Assembly: GCA_937625935.1 (NCBI GenBank)
Contig: OW569348.1
Location: 434,001-498,000, forward strand
Reading direction: 5' to 3'
Length of the DNA: 64,000 nt
From: Tetramitus jugosus
Taxonomy: Eukaryota; Protista; Heterolobosea
Part shown: in pieces, positions 43,925 through 53,820 of the stretch
Layout of the letters: every line of letters begins with the position of its first letter
Position numbering within the stretch: position 1 is the first letter of the stretch
The notes under the pieces: generated by a model
Seen by the model: the letters and a program-made list of their open reading frames with translations, nothing else
Told to the model about the DNA's origin: nothing
The model's database searches: none
Made by a program: the position numbers and the translations under genes

Positions 43925-44049
43925 AGCACCAATCCAACTCAGATAACACACCAGTTTGAAGACCTCATAGTGCACGGTGGCAAAGCCACTGGTGGATCAG
44001 AGCTCTATTCCGAGTTTCTGATCCATTTTCTTACCAATAAAACAGAAGT
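43925..44049 (+). repeat. Structured module copy B
   Basis: AGCACCAAT..CCTCATAGTGCA, CGGTGGC-AAA-GCCACTG, G, TGGATCAGA-GCTC-TATTCC-GAGT-T-TCTGATCCA, TTTTCTTACCAA..AACAGAAGT. Confidence 0.85.
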
Positions 44050-44494
44050 ATGATAAATGTTGCAATGGTGTGCTACCACACTGCCAAATTCTTTTGTATG
44101 TAGCTTGAAAACAGCGACAAATTCTGATTCATGTTGACACAACATTTTTATGTGAAGGGAGGTCATTCAATTTGCATTGGAACGCGAGTAGTTAAAAGCC
44201 TACATTACTGAGGGTTCTCGAGTAGTCTCCTATCTCAATACTAACTCAGCCAGATGGTGCTTAACTTCTCTATTCGAAATGGGAAGAGGTGGTTCCACCA
44301 TTGTATGAACGTAGACATTCATGATGTTTCCTCAGTATTTTTGGCGCCGACGGCTACAAAATTGAATGAGCGTTGTTGGTTGGGTCAGAGGTTCGTGCAT
44401 GGCAGGTACAGAGCAGACGGTTCCTGCTTGAGTGGAAACGAAATGGGTCAACAAATCATGTCTGTCAGTTGCTGAGTATGTGTGAACCTCAAGT

Positions 44495-45589
44495 TTATTT
44501 CTTTTGTTGCAATTGTTCCTTGTCGTGAGCATGAGGATAAGGCTCCAATAAATATTTTCCAAACTCGTCGAGTGCCTTCACACCTCTCACTTCTTCACCC
44601 AACAATGGCATCTGAATGATATGGAAGTCTTCATACAAGTCAAACACTTGACTCAAATACTTCTTTTGAATCTTGATTCTCGAGTCACAAATCTTACACT
44701 TGGAGCACGAGTCTTCTTGATCCTTGAGCACCAATTGATTCACCACAATATTGTGAGTATCAATCTCAAACTTTGTCAACTCTTGAACCAATCTCTCAGT
44801 CTCATACACGGACAAGAACTCTGGTATGCACACGCACACAAATGTAGTTTTTGTTGGATCCTTGAACTGATTGGAAATGGTTTCAATGAGCTCTCGTGAC
44901 GACTTCAACTTGTTTTGAATGTCGTCTGCATTGGGGCCACCTGATGCACCACCACCCATCATGGATGTGACCTGGGACAACATGTTGCCGACACCTTGGA
45001 ATTGCATCAACTTGCCCACTGAATTTTCCAAGACAGATGGGAATGAGAGCAATCTCAGAGTGTGACCAGTAGGTGCCGTATCGAACACTACACATGAAAA
45101 CTTCATGCTCTTGACCATTTTCATAATTTCCATGAAACTTGAAATTTCGTCCATTCCGGGCAATGATGTCGAAACTTCCTTCATCAAGTTCTTCATGAGA
45201 CCACCACCACCACTACCACCATCACCACCACCCATATCACCTACAATATCACCCAAAAACTCTTCTGGTTCAAGTGTTGGATCAATTTCCATACCATACA
45301 AATTGTCATATCCGGCCACCTTGGTTGGTTCTTTGCCAAATTTTTGAGAAAAGGCATCACTGAGATTGTGAGCAGGATCAGTGGAGATGATGAGAACAGA
45401 TTCTCTCTTTTTTGCAAGTTGGATGGCAATGCAGGATGATGTGGTCGTTTTACCGACACCTCCCTTTCCACCAACGAAAATCCATTGAAGAGAGTCTTGA
45501 TCAATCAAATTTTGAATAGTTGGATCCAATTGTTCCAATGCTTCCAAATCATCGAGTTCATCGAGGTCAAAATCGTCTAGTCCTGCCAT
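44495..45589 (-). CDS. GET3: Get3/TRC40/ASNA1 ATPase
   Basis: [54 protein letters not shown] and a CxxC motif. Confidence 0.97.
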   Translation of the reverse strand: MAGLDDFDLDELDDLEALEQLDPTIQNLIDQDSLQWIFVGGKGGVGKTTTSSCIAIQLAKKRESVLIISTDPAHNLSDAFSQKFGKEPTKVAGYDNLYGMEIDPTLEPEEFLGDIVGDMGGGDGGSGGGGLMKNLMKEVSTSLPGMDEISSFMEIMKMVKSMKFSCVVFDTAPTGHTLRLLSFPSVLENSVGKLMQFQGVGNMLSQVTSMMGGGASGGPNADDIQNKLKSSRELIETISNQFKDPTKTTFVCVCIPEFLSVYETERLVQELTKFEIDTHNIVVNQLVLKDQEDSCSKCKICDSRIKIQKKYLSQVFDLYEDFHIIQMPLLGEEVRGVKALDEFGKYLLEPYPHAHDKEQLQQKK

Positions 45590-45838
45590 TGTTATTGTTT
45601 ATCTGGTTTGTTTGTTCGCTTTTTGTTGATTCAGCTCTTTGCCGGAATAGAGAGTTTTTTTTGTGAGTTGTTCTGAATCAGCGGGGAAAACCAGTTGTAA
45701 CTTTCCGTCCAATTTTCCCTCGAAAAAATACATTCCGCCAGCAAATTCGTGCGGAGAGAGAAACTCGCTGAAGGAAACGTCCTTCAAAAAAAATTATGAG
45801 CAAAACAACAGCAAAAAAAACAACAAATCAACACAACA

Positions 45839-46123
45839 ATGTCTGACACACAAGAAAATCCAGTCAAGGGTGAAGATAAGGATCAACACATCAACATTAA
45901 GGTTGTCAACGGTGAAGGTATCGAAGTTTTCTTCAAGATCAAGAAGACCACCAATTTGAAAAAGTTGATGGAAGCTTACTGTAAGAGACAAGGCTTGAAT
46001 GCTTCCACTGTCAGATTTACTTTTGATGGTAACAGAATTTCTGGTAGCGAAACTGCTGAACAATTGGAGATGGAAGATCAAGATGTCATAGATGCTATGG
46101 TCGAACAGACTGGAGGATTCTAA
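45839..46123 (+). CDS. SUMO: Small ubiquitin-like modifier (SUMO)
   Basis: HINIKV..FFKIKKTT.LKKLMEAYC.RQG..RF.FDG.RI..IDAMVEQTGG. Confidence 0.97.
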   Translation: MSDTQENPVKGEDKDQHINIKVVNGEGIEVFFKIKKTTNLKKLMEAYCKRQGLNASTVRFTFDGNRISGSETAEQLEMEDQDVIDAMVEQTGGF

Positions 46124-46524
46124 ATTCTAAACACTACTTTTTTGATGTAGCTGCTATTGTCACGTTGAATGGTGTATACTCAATAGGACCAAAAATAAAG
46201 ACAAGGACTTTTGTACAACGGTTATGATATTGTATTGTATGGTCATCTGTTAGCTCAGAGCGACGGCACATGTTGACTGAGCCTTTTGCAATAAAAAAGG
46301 AGATGAGATACGACTAACAAATTGCAACCAATGTTAGGGTGTTAAATACATGAAATTTTTTTATTATGCATGCTGCTGTGTACACTTGTTCCTCGTCGTC
46401 CGCCTCACCACACAGCATCGATCATCCTTTGCAACATTCAAGAGCAACAGCTCTGGTAGCGAGACCATTTTCGGTGCAAGAGTGAGAGAAACCGAACCGA
46501 ACAACATCAACAACATTATGCAAT

Positions 46525-47429
46525 TTAGAGTTGAGTTGAGCCTTCCTTAGGGAACAACATGCCCCTGATGAGTGGCAGTTGTTGCTCATAGACCAAAGCC
46601 ATACGTTGTTCCAAAGTGTTGAACACCTTGATACGATCTTCGAATGCTGTAATAACGACACCACCAAAGGAATCAGCTGGCAAGTGAGACTTTTGTTGAA
46701 CGGTAATCTTGCACTTCAATCCAGTCTTCTCTGCGTATTCCTTCTCAGCAAGCTTTGCTTGTTCGGAGACGAGAGCCAAGTCTTGTTGTCTGCAGTAAAC
46801 GTTTGCTTCCTTTTCCAACAATCGGATAAGACCTTGCAAAATGAGGTCCTTCAACAACTTTGAGTATGCAGCTCTGTCTTCAGTGATGCGCTTCACCTCT
46901 TGGAGGCCTCGTGCTTGCAGTTGTCTCATAATATCATCCTTCATCTTCAAAATTGTCAAACGAGCATCCTTAATCTTGTTGGAGTATCCACTGTAAGATG
47001 ACAACGAGACACAAACAGGAATAATAACAACAATGATTCAACAAAACACACAGAGGAGATGAAAAAAAAAGAGAGTGTGAGTACAAAAATTTCTCTTGAA
47101 ACTTTCGGAGAAACAACAACAACAACAATGAGCAGTGCATGTGGATGAAGAGATTGAAAAATGTGGGGTGCACATGTAGTGTGGTTGTTGTTGTTGACTT
47201 TTCTGAGTGTGTGATTGATACATTACATCTTCTTTTCAACTTCGACTTGCTTTTCCTTCTTCTCATATTCTTCTCTAATCTTCTTCTTTGCAGCTTCAAC
47301 AAGGTTTTGCTTTTCAATAGCAAATTCTTCGTTTGCTTGAACTTTAATTTCGTTGGCCTTTTCTTGGGCCTCGCTTTCGATGAAATTGATCATCTGCTTA
47401 ATTTTAGCGTCTTGTGCTCCTCTGCTCAT
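46525..47429 (-). CDS. VMA4: V-type proton ATPase subunit E; exons 47429-47227 and 46990-46525
   Basis: IKQMINFIESEAQEKANEI..EEFAIEK; GGVV..I.V.NTLE.R..LPLIR..LF; the intron restores KKIGYSNKI. Confidence 0.95.
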
Positions 47430-47699
47430 CTTTTTAGTTTATATGCGAGTGTGAATGTGGATGTTGTCTCCGTTTGTGTGTTTTACTCTCTGGATTCTGT
47501 TTTTTTTCAGAGGCGGTGTTTTTCGTGGGAGATTTGCTCTGAGTGGAAGGCGGGGTTTGAGTAAAATCTTTTGTAAAAAGAGTCAACCATGATGAGTATC
47601 TGGCCGAGGTTGGAGATTTGGTTTTGTGACAATTGTGAAGGAATATGTCTACAAATGAATACAAAGCACCAAAATACAAAATTTAATTTAATATAAAGG

Positions 47700-48658
47700 T
47701 TACAAAACTCTGTAGATGGTATCCCACTCAACGTAGTATCTGTTTGAAACGCAATGACAAAAATGTGAGCTCATGTTCGTATGTGTTGTATACAGAATCA
47801 AAAAAATATACATCAGAACAACAAAATAACAAGAAAACAAGATACTTACTCATACCAAGCCAATGAACGTTGCTTGACGCCTCCAACCTCAGCTGAAACA
47901 ACATTGTCATCTCCCACATAGATACCAACAGTGCTTGGACTGTACAACAAATCACCAATCTGAATGTTTGCAACCTTGCTTACAACAGAGAATCCAGCAT
48001 GCAATCCATAGGTGGCCAATGAAGTTGGAACAGTTTTTCCAGCAGATTCATAAGCCTTCTTAATCAAACCAGGTGCGTTAAAAGAGTTTGGTCCGACAGT
48101 GGAAGTCGAGCTGAAATCCTTGCCTACCATTTGCTTTGCATAAAAAGCAGCAGCCATTCCAGCTGCACTGCCTTGATCACCTCCAATGACTTCAGTCACA
48201 TAGTTGGAGGCTATCCATCCAGTTAGCTTTGTGGAATCATCGACTTGAATGCTGTACCATGTGAAGCCACATCCAGTCTCAACCTCACCAGTGAAAAACG
48301 CAGTTTTTCCTGGTGTCAATTGTCCAACAGTTGTCGTTCCAGTGCAAGGAGTTGGACGAATGTTGACAGTAGTAATGGCCTTTAGCTTTTGACCAAGAGA
48401 AGGAGCATCATTGGACGCATCAGACAGCTGACTCCACTTTGTTCTTTTCAACCACGGTTGATATTTGCCTCCGAGCTTTCTGGGTTGCAACAAATCAACA
48501 TCAGCGTGCAACTTGGCGAGTCTTTTGACTCTTCTCATGGATGGGGTCAACTTTTGAGGGCGAGTGAACCCGTCTCCTCTCTTGGATTGAACATTGCATA
48601 GAGAGATGAGAGCAATGAAGAGAAGCAGTGCCAGTAACAATGGAGTTGTTTTCTTCAT
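47700..48658 (-). CDS. Secreted SH3b + NlpC/P60-like protein lacking catalytic residues; exons 48658-47850 and 47739-47700
   Basis: Signal peptide; VNIRPTP..WYSI..GWIASNYV (bacterial SH3); GPNSFNAPGLI..AY..AG..P, GDLL, VGIYVG (NlpC/P60). A GTAAGT...CAG intron gives the end WYEYYVEWDTIYRVL. Confidence 0.8.
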
Positions 48659-49028
48659 GTTCGTCGTATAAGTTGTGCTTTTTTTTTCTTGAAGATGATG
48701 TTTGGAAGATGTTCTGGTGCGACGTCGGGGAGAAGAAGATGTCACAAAGGGAAACACGTCTCAGAGAAGTGGGCTCGTTCAACCTTCAACAGGTGTGAAG
48801 GTTCCCTTACCTGTTATGACAGAACAGATTGGATGAATGCATAACTGTATGTGTCAGTTTCGCCAGGTATCTGAATCTTCAACCCGGATTTCTGTAGGAA
48901 TGAAAAATACCATATTTGAAAAAAAGGCGGTATCGGAATGAGCGCCTCCCAAAACTCGCACGAAAGAAAACCCACCCAACACGAGGATAGATCAATTTGC
49001 CACACTGAAATCAATCACACACGACTCA

Positions 49029-50228
49029 ATGACAGCAAATCAACAAGAGATCCTTCACAAGATTCAATCCTACTTGGCCAGTGATGCCTCCAATCCATCA
49101 TCACAAGACTCGACAACGAATGCAAATGATGGCGGTTGCATTCTATCGGAAGAGGAACGATCCCAGTACAGACACTTGATGAAGGAGTGTCCTGCATTCC
49201 AAGTGCAAAAAGGTGAGCAACAACAGCAAGATCAACAATTTACTTGTCCATTCAAGTACGTTGACAACTCACAAACACTCAAGCAAGAACTGCTCAACAT
49301 TCCAGACTCTCACAAGAAGTGTCCAGCGTTCAGTAACGAAAAGGAAGAGCTGAAGGCCAACAGAAAAGATAAGCACTTGATTGAGAACTTGTTCGTGTTT
49401 AGATGGGACATGTTTTTTGATGAGCCGTTGAAGGACTTTGGTCTGTGCCGTGAGTTGAGAAGAAGAACTACAAAGAAGCACGTTGAAGCAGAGTCAGTTC
49501 CATTTATCAAGAGATTTATCAAGCTCGATATTTGTCCTTACCAATACCGTATCTATCTGGCAAATATGTTTCTGGTTTATGAAGTCATGGAGCCTGCTTT
49601 GGACGAAGTTAGCCCCAACCACAAGTTCCTCAAGGACATTTACTATCCAAGAGAGTTGAAACGATTAGAAGGTCTGAAACAAGATTTGCAATATTTTTAT
49701 GGTTCCAAGTGGAGAGAAATCATGACTGTGTTGCCTTCCACTCAAGCTTACATTGATCGCATCAAGCACATTCAAGCTGACCCCAGTTTGCATCATTTGT
49801 TGATTGCTCATTCATCTACTCGATACTTGGGTGATTTATATGGAGGTCAACAGTTGATGAAAAAGTCAAAGAGTGCTCTCAAGTTACCTGATGGAAAAGG
49901 TACTCAGTTTTATGACTTTGATTTCATCAAGGAGTGCAAAAAGTACAAAGGATCAACTTCACAGTTCCGAAGCAAGTTCGAAAAGAAGATGAACAAGCTC
50001 CAAGTAACTGCCAAGGAGTGTGAAGAGGTTGTCGAGGAAGCTAATCTGGTGTTCGAATTGAACATGCATGTGTTTGAGGATATCGACAATTGCCAAGACT
50101 TGCTGGAGCAAGACAAGAAGAAGCCAATGACACCATCAGAGTCACTACCAGCAACTGTGATATTCCTAATTATTAGTGTGTCGGTCTTGATTGTTGCTAT
50201 GTTCATGGTCAAATACAACGTTGTATAA
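49029..50228 (+). CDS. Heme oxygenase, tail-anchored, with N-terminal Cys-Pro motifs
   Basis: LRRRTTKKHVEAE (proximal His), ELKRLEGLKQDLQYFYG, AHSSTRYLGDLYGGQ, EEANLVFELN; C-terminal hydrophobic helix. Confidence 0.93.
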   Translation: MTANQQEILHKIQSYLASDASNPSSQDSTTNANDGGCILSEEERSQYRHLMKECPAFQVQKGEQQQQDQQFTCPFKYVDNSQTLKQELLNIPDSHKKCPAFSNEKEELKANRKDKHLIENLFVFRWDMFFDEPLKDFGLCRELRRRTTKKHVEAESVPFIKRFIKLDICPYQYRIYLANMFLVYEVMEPALDEVSPNHKFLKDIYYPRELKRLEGLKQDLQYFYGSKWREIMTVLPSTQAYIDRIKHIQADPSLHHLLIAHSSTRYLGDLYGGQQLMKKSKSALKLPDGKGTQFYDFDFIKECKKYKGSTSQFRSKFEKKMNKLQVTAKECEEVVEEANLVFELNMHVFEDIDNCQDLLEQDKKKPMTPSESLPATVIFLIISVSVLIVAMFMVKYNVV

Positions 50229-50412
50229 AAGTTTCTTTACAAAAATGTCGGATATTCTTACCTTACCACAAATTTGTTGAAGACTCAAAATCCGCACACC
50301 GCAGATTCAACCATTTTTATGTTGTTCAACCAACGTCCGCAGCCGCTCTAGAACGAAAAAACACTATCCGCAAAGAGCGCAAGTCCGATCACACAAGTAT
50401 TCTTTTTATGCA

Positions 50413-51903
50413 ATGGCAGTGTCTGAGCTTTTGACTGTGAAACTTGTCACCATGTTTGTTCTATTATTTGGATCGTTCATCGTGGCAACCATTCCGATCG
50501 TACTTTTCAGATGGCATTGGCTGAGACGATGGAAGCACATGAGCGTCACACTGAAAGTACTACGAGTGTTCGAAGGATTGGCAGGTGGAATCCTATTGGG
50601 AGTTGCAATGTTGCATTTGATACCAGAAGCAAATGAACAAATTCATGATAGCATACTGAAGATTATAGAGAGCAAGGAGCATCACAATTCCACGCTATCC
50701 TCACTTGGTCATTCCAACATGTTTCAGACTTGGAGCTTGAAAGGATCTGAAGAAGATGTACATGGAGAACATGTGCCTTGGTATGCACACTTTTCGTGGA
50801 GTCCTTTGTTGGCATGTTTGGCGTTGCTATTGATACAATTCATGGAAAATGTGCTCATGAAGTTTGTGGAGTTCTATAAACCAGAGGATTGCAGTCACCA
50901 TGTGCACGAAAAGAGAGTATCAAAGGATGACATGGATCTTGAAAAGTGCGCTGCAAATGCAGCAACAGCAGCTGATTCTGGATTGGACACAGTAGATGCT
51001 GTCATTAGTTTTGAACAGCATATGCAAGGACATCACAACCACTCTCTCATGGAGGATAGTGATATGTATCACGAAGACCACTCCGTGAAAGATAGCGATG
51101 TGTATATCGACAACGATCATACTCACCATCACGCTGTACAATTGAGTGATATTGATGACAAGAGGAGCATTAACCATGAATTGAGGAAGAGAATTTCAAC
51201 TGAACCGAATAATGGCGAAGTGGAACTCAATGAAACTGATGCCAGTGTATCAAAAGTCAAAGAATCTGTTGTACACAGCAGCGAGGAGCTTATGGCACAG
51301 GAACGAAGGATAGTACTGACCAAGTTTTTGAATACAATGATATTGTGGATATCTACATGCCTGCATGCCTTTTTTGAAGGTTTGGGACTGGGGTCTCAAA
51401 AGACAAGTGAGGAAATGTGGTCTCTGTTCGGTGCCATTGTAGCTCATAAGGTTATGGAATCGTTTGCTCTAGGAGTTATCATCGAACGAGGTATTCGAAG
51501 TCGTGCCTCAGACAAGCTATACTGGAGTCATTTGATCTGGATGACCATATTTCTCCTAACATTTACTTTGGCAACTCCGAGTGGCATAGCAATCGGTATT
51601 GGCATCTCAGAGTCAAACAAGGGCAACGCGAATTCACCTGGCTGGACGATTGCTATCAATTTGCTCTTGTCTCTGGCCTGTGGCGCGTTTATTCACATTT
51701 CTTTGTTTGAGATTCTGAACAGCCATAACCATGACCATGGTTCAGACGACGATGGAGCCCAGGAACACAACGAAGATCATCACCACGGTCACCACCATCA
51801 CCAACATGGAAAGAAGGAACACCCCCTATGGGCCTTGTCAAAATTCATCCTCTTTATTATCGGTTTCCTTGGCATGGGAGGTCTCAGCATCCTCGGTCAC
51901 TAG
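50413..51903 (+). CDS. ZIP-family metal transporter
   Basis: AGGILLGVAMLHLIPEA, LHAFFEGLGLG, AHKVMESFALG and His-rich loops. Confidence 0.93.
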   Translation: MAVSELLTVKLVTMFVLLFGSFIVATIPIVLFRWHWLRRWKHMSVTLKVLRVFEGLAGGILLGVAMLHLIPEANEQIHDSILKIIESKEHHNSTLSSLGHSNMFQTWSLKGSEEDVHGEHVPWYAHFSWSPLLACLALLLIQFMENVLMKFVEFYKPEDCSHHVHEKRVSKDDMDLEKCAANAATAADSGLDTVDAVISFEQHMQGHHNHSLMEDSDMYHEDHSVKDSDVYIDNDHTHHHAVQLSDIDDKRSINHELRKRISTEPNNGEVELNETDASVSKVKESVVHSSEELMAQERRIVLTKFLNTMILWISTCLHAFFEGLGLGSQKTSEEMWSLFGAIVAHKVMESFALGVIIERGIRSRASDKLYWSHLIWMTIFLLTFTLATPSGIAIGIGISESNKGNANSPGWTIAINLLLSLACGAFIHISLFEILNSHNHDHGSDDDGAQEHNEDHHHGHHHHQHGKKEHPLWALSKFILFIIGFLGMGGLSILGH

Positions 51904-52029
51904 ATGCCGCATCAAAGACTCGTTGTATACGAACTCTTTGATGAAGAGCCGGAGTTACTTTCAAACAACAAATGCAACAAACAAAAATTGTGTGTAAATA
52001 ATAAAATCAACAATTGTTATTGAACAATC

Positions 52030-53652
52030 ATGATGAGGAAGCATTTCGCACAGCGTGTCTCATCTTGTCGTCGCACAAGTACCATTGTTGCTCAACACTT
52101 CTGTTCTTCTTCTGCTTCTCCTCCATCTCACAATCAAATGGTTTTCCACCAACAACAACAACATCATCAACAACTGAGACACATGAGCCATTCCAACAAC
52201 AACAATCATCATCGTCACATTCCACAAAATCCTCTCGATGTCTTCACTGGTGACTATCAACAGAATCATCATCTCTTGTACATGACAACAGAGCAACTCA
52301 ATATGCAATTGATGAGACACTTTAAGAAACTTCAGTTTGCAAAGGTTCATGCTCGACAATCCAGATTTGTTCTCTCTCGATTTCATTTGAAGCGAATTTT
52401 GAGTGTGGACGAGGCTCATCGATCGTTTGACATGAATCGAGTGTTGAAGGAGAGAGACGCACTCGTATCAGAGTTGACAGACATGTTTATTTATGCGACG
52501 ACTCATTCGCACATGGTGTTGGATGCGGAGAACATGGCACTGTTTATTCAAATTTTTACTCACTTGTTGAGATTTGATCTCGTGTGGTGGATCTATGACA
52601 GTATGGATAGTTTGGGTGTGATGCCATCAACGAGAATCAATACCTTGGTGGCAAACACTTGTGCGGATTCAATGGATGGTGAGAGAGCGCGTCAAGTGTT
52701 TCAATCGGTCATGTCTCGCAATGATCCCTCGTTGTTGGTTCAAACGTTTTGGAACGCGTTGATTCAGGCACTGTGCACAGCATTGGATCCCATGGCAGTT
52801 CAAGCTCTGCAGACAATGGAGAGAACGGGTACTGGTGTCATTACATTTCAGATTGCATTGGCATTGCTCGGTGCATGTGAATCTTGGGAATCAAAGATGA
52901 GCATGTTCAAGTTGCTCATGAACAAGATGGAAGTGTATCACAGTTATCATCTGTATGTGCACATGTTATATGCAGCGTTGAATCAGGAGGTATCTCTGGA
53001 GCAGATGGTTGAAATGTTGGATATGGGTGTTGGCGATAGGCGACTGGAGGCAAAATTGAGGCATTGCAAGACTTTTTACGAGTTAATGTTCCCAGTGATT
53101 AGAGAATTGGTCAGTGCTCAGTCTATGGATGTTAAGCGTGTGCATGCTGCTAAATTGTTTGCCGTGTTTGAGGAAATGAGATCGATTGACTTTGCACCCA
53201 ACTATGAAATATTGGTCATTATTCTGAATGCTGTGGCAGAGGTTGGTAGCTTGACTCACATGTGGATGGTGTACAGAAAATTAACTGCTGCCAAGTTTTA
53301 CAAGCGAGCACCAATCTTCACCATTATGATGGAAGCTTCTGTTCGACACGGTAACATTAACAGTGGTATTCGAGTTATTAGGCAAGTGATGGAAATACGG
53401 TTCCAAATGCCACCAGAGTTCTATACGCCCTTACTGCGGTTAATGTCTGAATCTGGAGATCGTAGAATCTTCTCCCTGTATGTCGCACTTGTGCAACAGG
53501 GTTGCTTAGTGAAGGGCATCTGGGAGCATGGTCTCATTCTTCAAAAGCTGTTTGATCAAGTCGCTTCGCAGGAAGGTAGTGATCAGTTGATGACACTTGT
53601 GAAGACTGTGCATGACGTTACTGATATCACCCTTACATTCCCATCACAATAA
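52030..53652 (+). CDS. Pentatricopeptide-repeat-like protein, probably mitochondrial
   Basis: R/S-rich presequence; PPR-like units (YDSMDSLGVMPS..NTLV, FWNALIQAL, FEEMRSIDFAPN, IFTIMMEA). Confidence 0.65.
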   Translation: MMRKHFAQRVSSCRRTSTIVAQHFCSSSASPPSHNQMVFHQQQQHHQQLRHMSHSNNNNHHRHIPQNPLDVFTGDYQQNHHLLYMTTEQLNMQLMRHFKKLQFAKVHARQSRFVLSRFHLKRILSVDEAHRSFDMNRVLKERDALVSELTDMFIYATTHSHMVLDAENMALFIQIFTHLLRFDLVWWIYDSMDSLGVMPSTRINTLVANTCADSMDGERARQVFQSVMSRNDPSLLVQTFWNALIQALCTALDPMAVQALQTMERTGTGVITFQIALALLGACESWESKMSMFKLLMNKMEVYHSYHLYVHMLYAALNQEVSLEQMVEMLDMGVGDRRLEAKLRHCKTFYELMFPVIRELVSAQSMDVKRVHAAKLFAVFEEMRSIDFAPNYEILVIILNAVAEVGSLTHMWMVYRKLTAAKFYKRAPIFTIMMEASVRHGNINSGIRVIRQVMEIRFQMPPEFYTPLLRLMSESGDRRIFSLYVALVQQGCLVKGIWEHGLILQKLFDQVASQEGSDQLMTLVKTVHDVTDITLTFPSQ

Positions 53653-53820
53653 ACTTCTTTCACTTCACTGCATTTTCAACAATCACTTGTCAAGCTTCCA
53701 CCAAATGGAACATTGCCAGATCAACCAAAAAAACGTGTATTCCTCCGCTCCTTGATCTCAAAAAATCAACAAACGAGAAAAAGCAAACAAACGAATCAGT
53801 TCGAATAAGTAGACTGAGTC

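Larger units (their letters stand above)
43165..44490 (+). ncRNA. Candidate large structured non-coding RNA (family not recognised; ends approximate)
   Basis: Largest gap without a recognisable gene in the window; many 8-15 bp helices; duplicated module with compensatory changes; non-Watson-Crick positions are mostly G.U on the plus strand. Confidence 0.6.

Noticed and set aside
43371-44049. Modules A/B as hammerhead, hairpin, HDV-like, twister or pistol ribozymes, or as a CRISPR array
   Set aside because: I found no complete catalytic core on either strand (for example no CUGANGA with GAAA). There are only two direct copies, no spacer array and no cas genes.
44254-44475. 73-aa ORF inside the structured locus
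   Set aside because: It is short and motif-free, and the sequence is better explained by nested helices.
43165-44490. Telomerase RNA assignment
   Set aside because: No unpaired 1.5-repeat template for TTAGGG, TTTAGGG or TTTGGG was seen on the plus strand. It cannot be fully excluded without knowing the telomere repeat.
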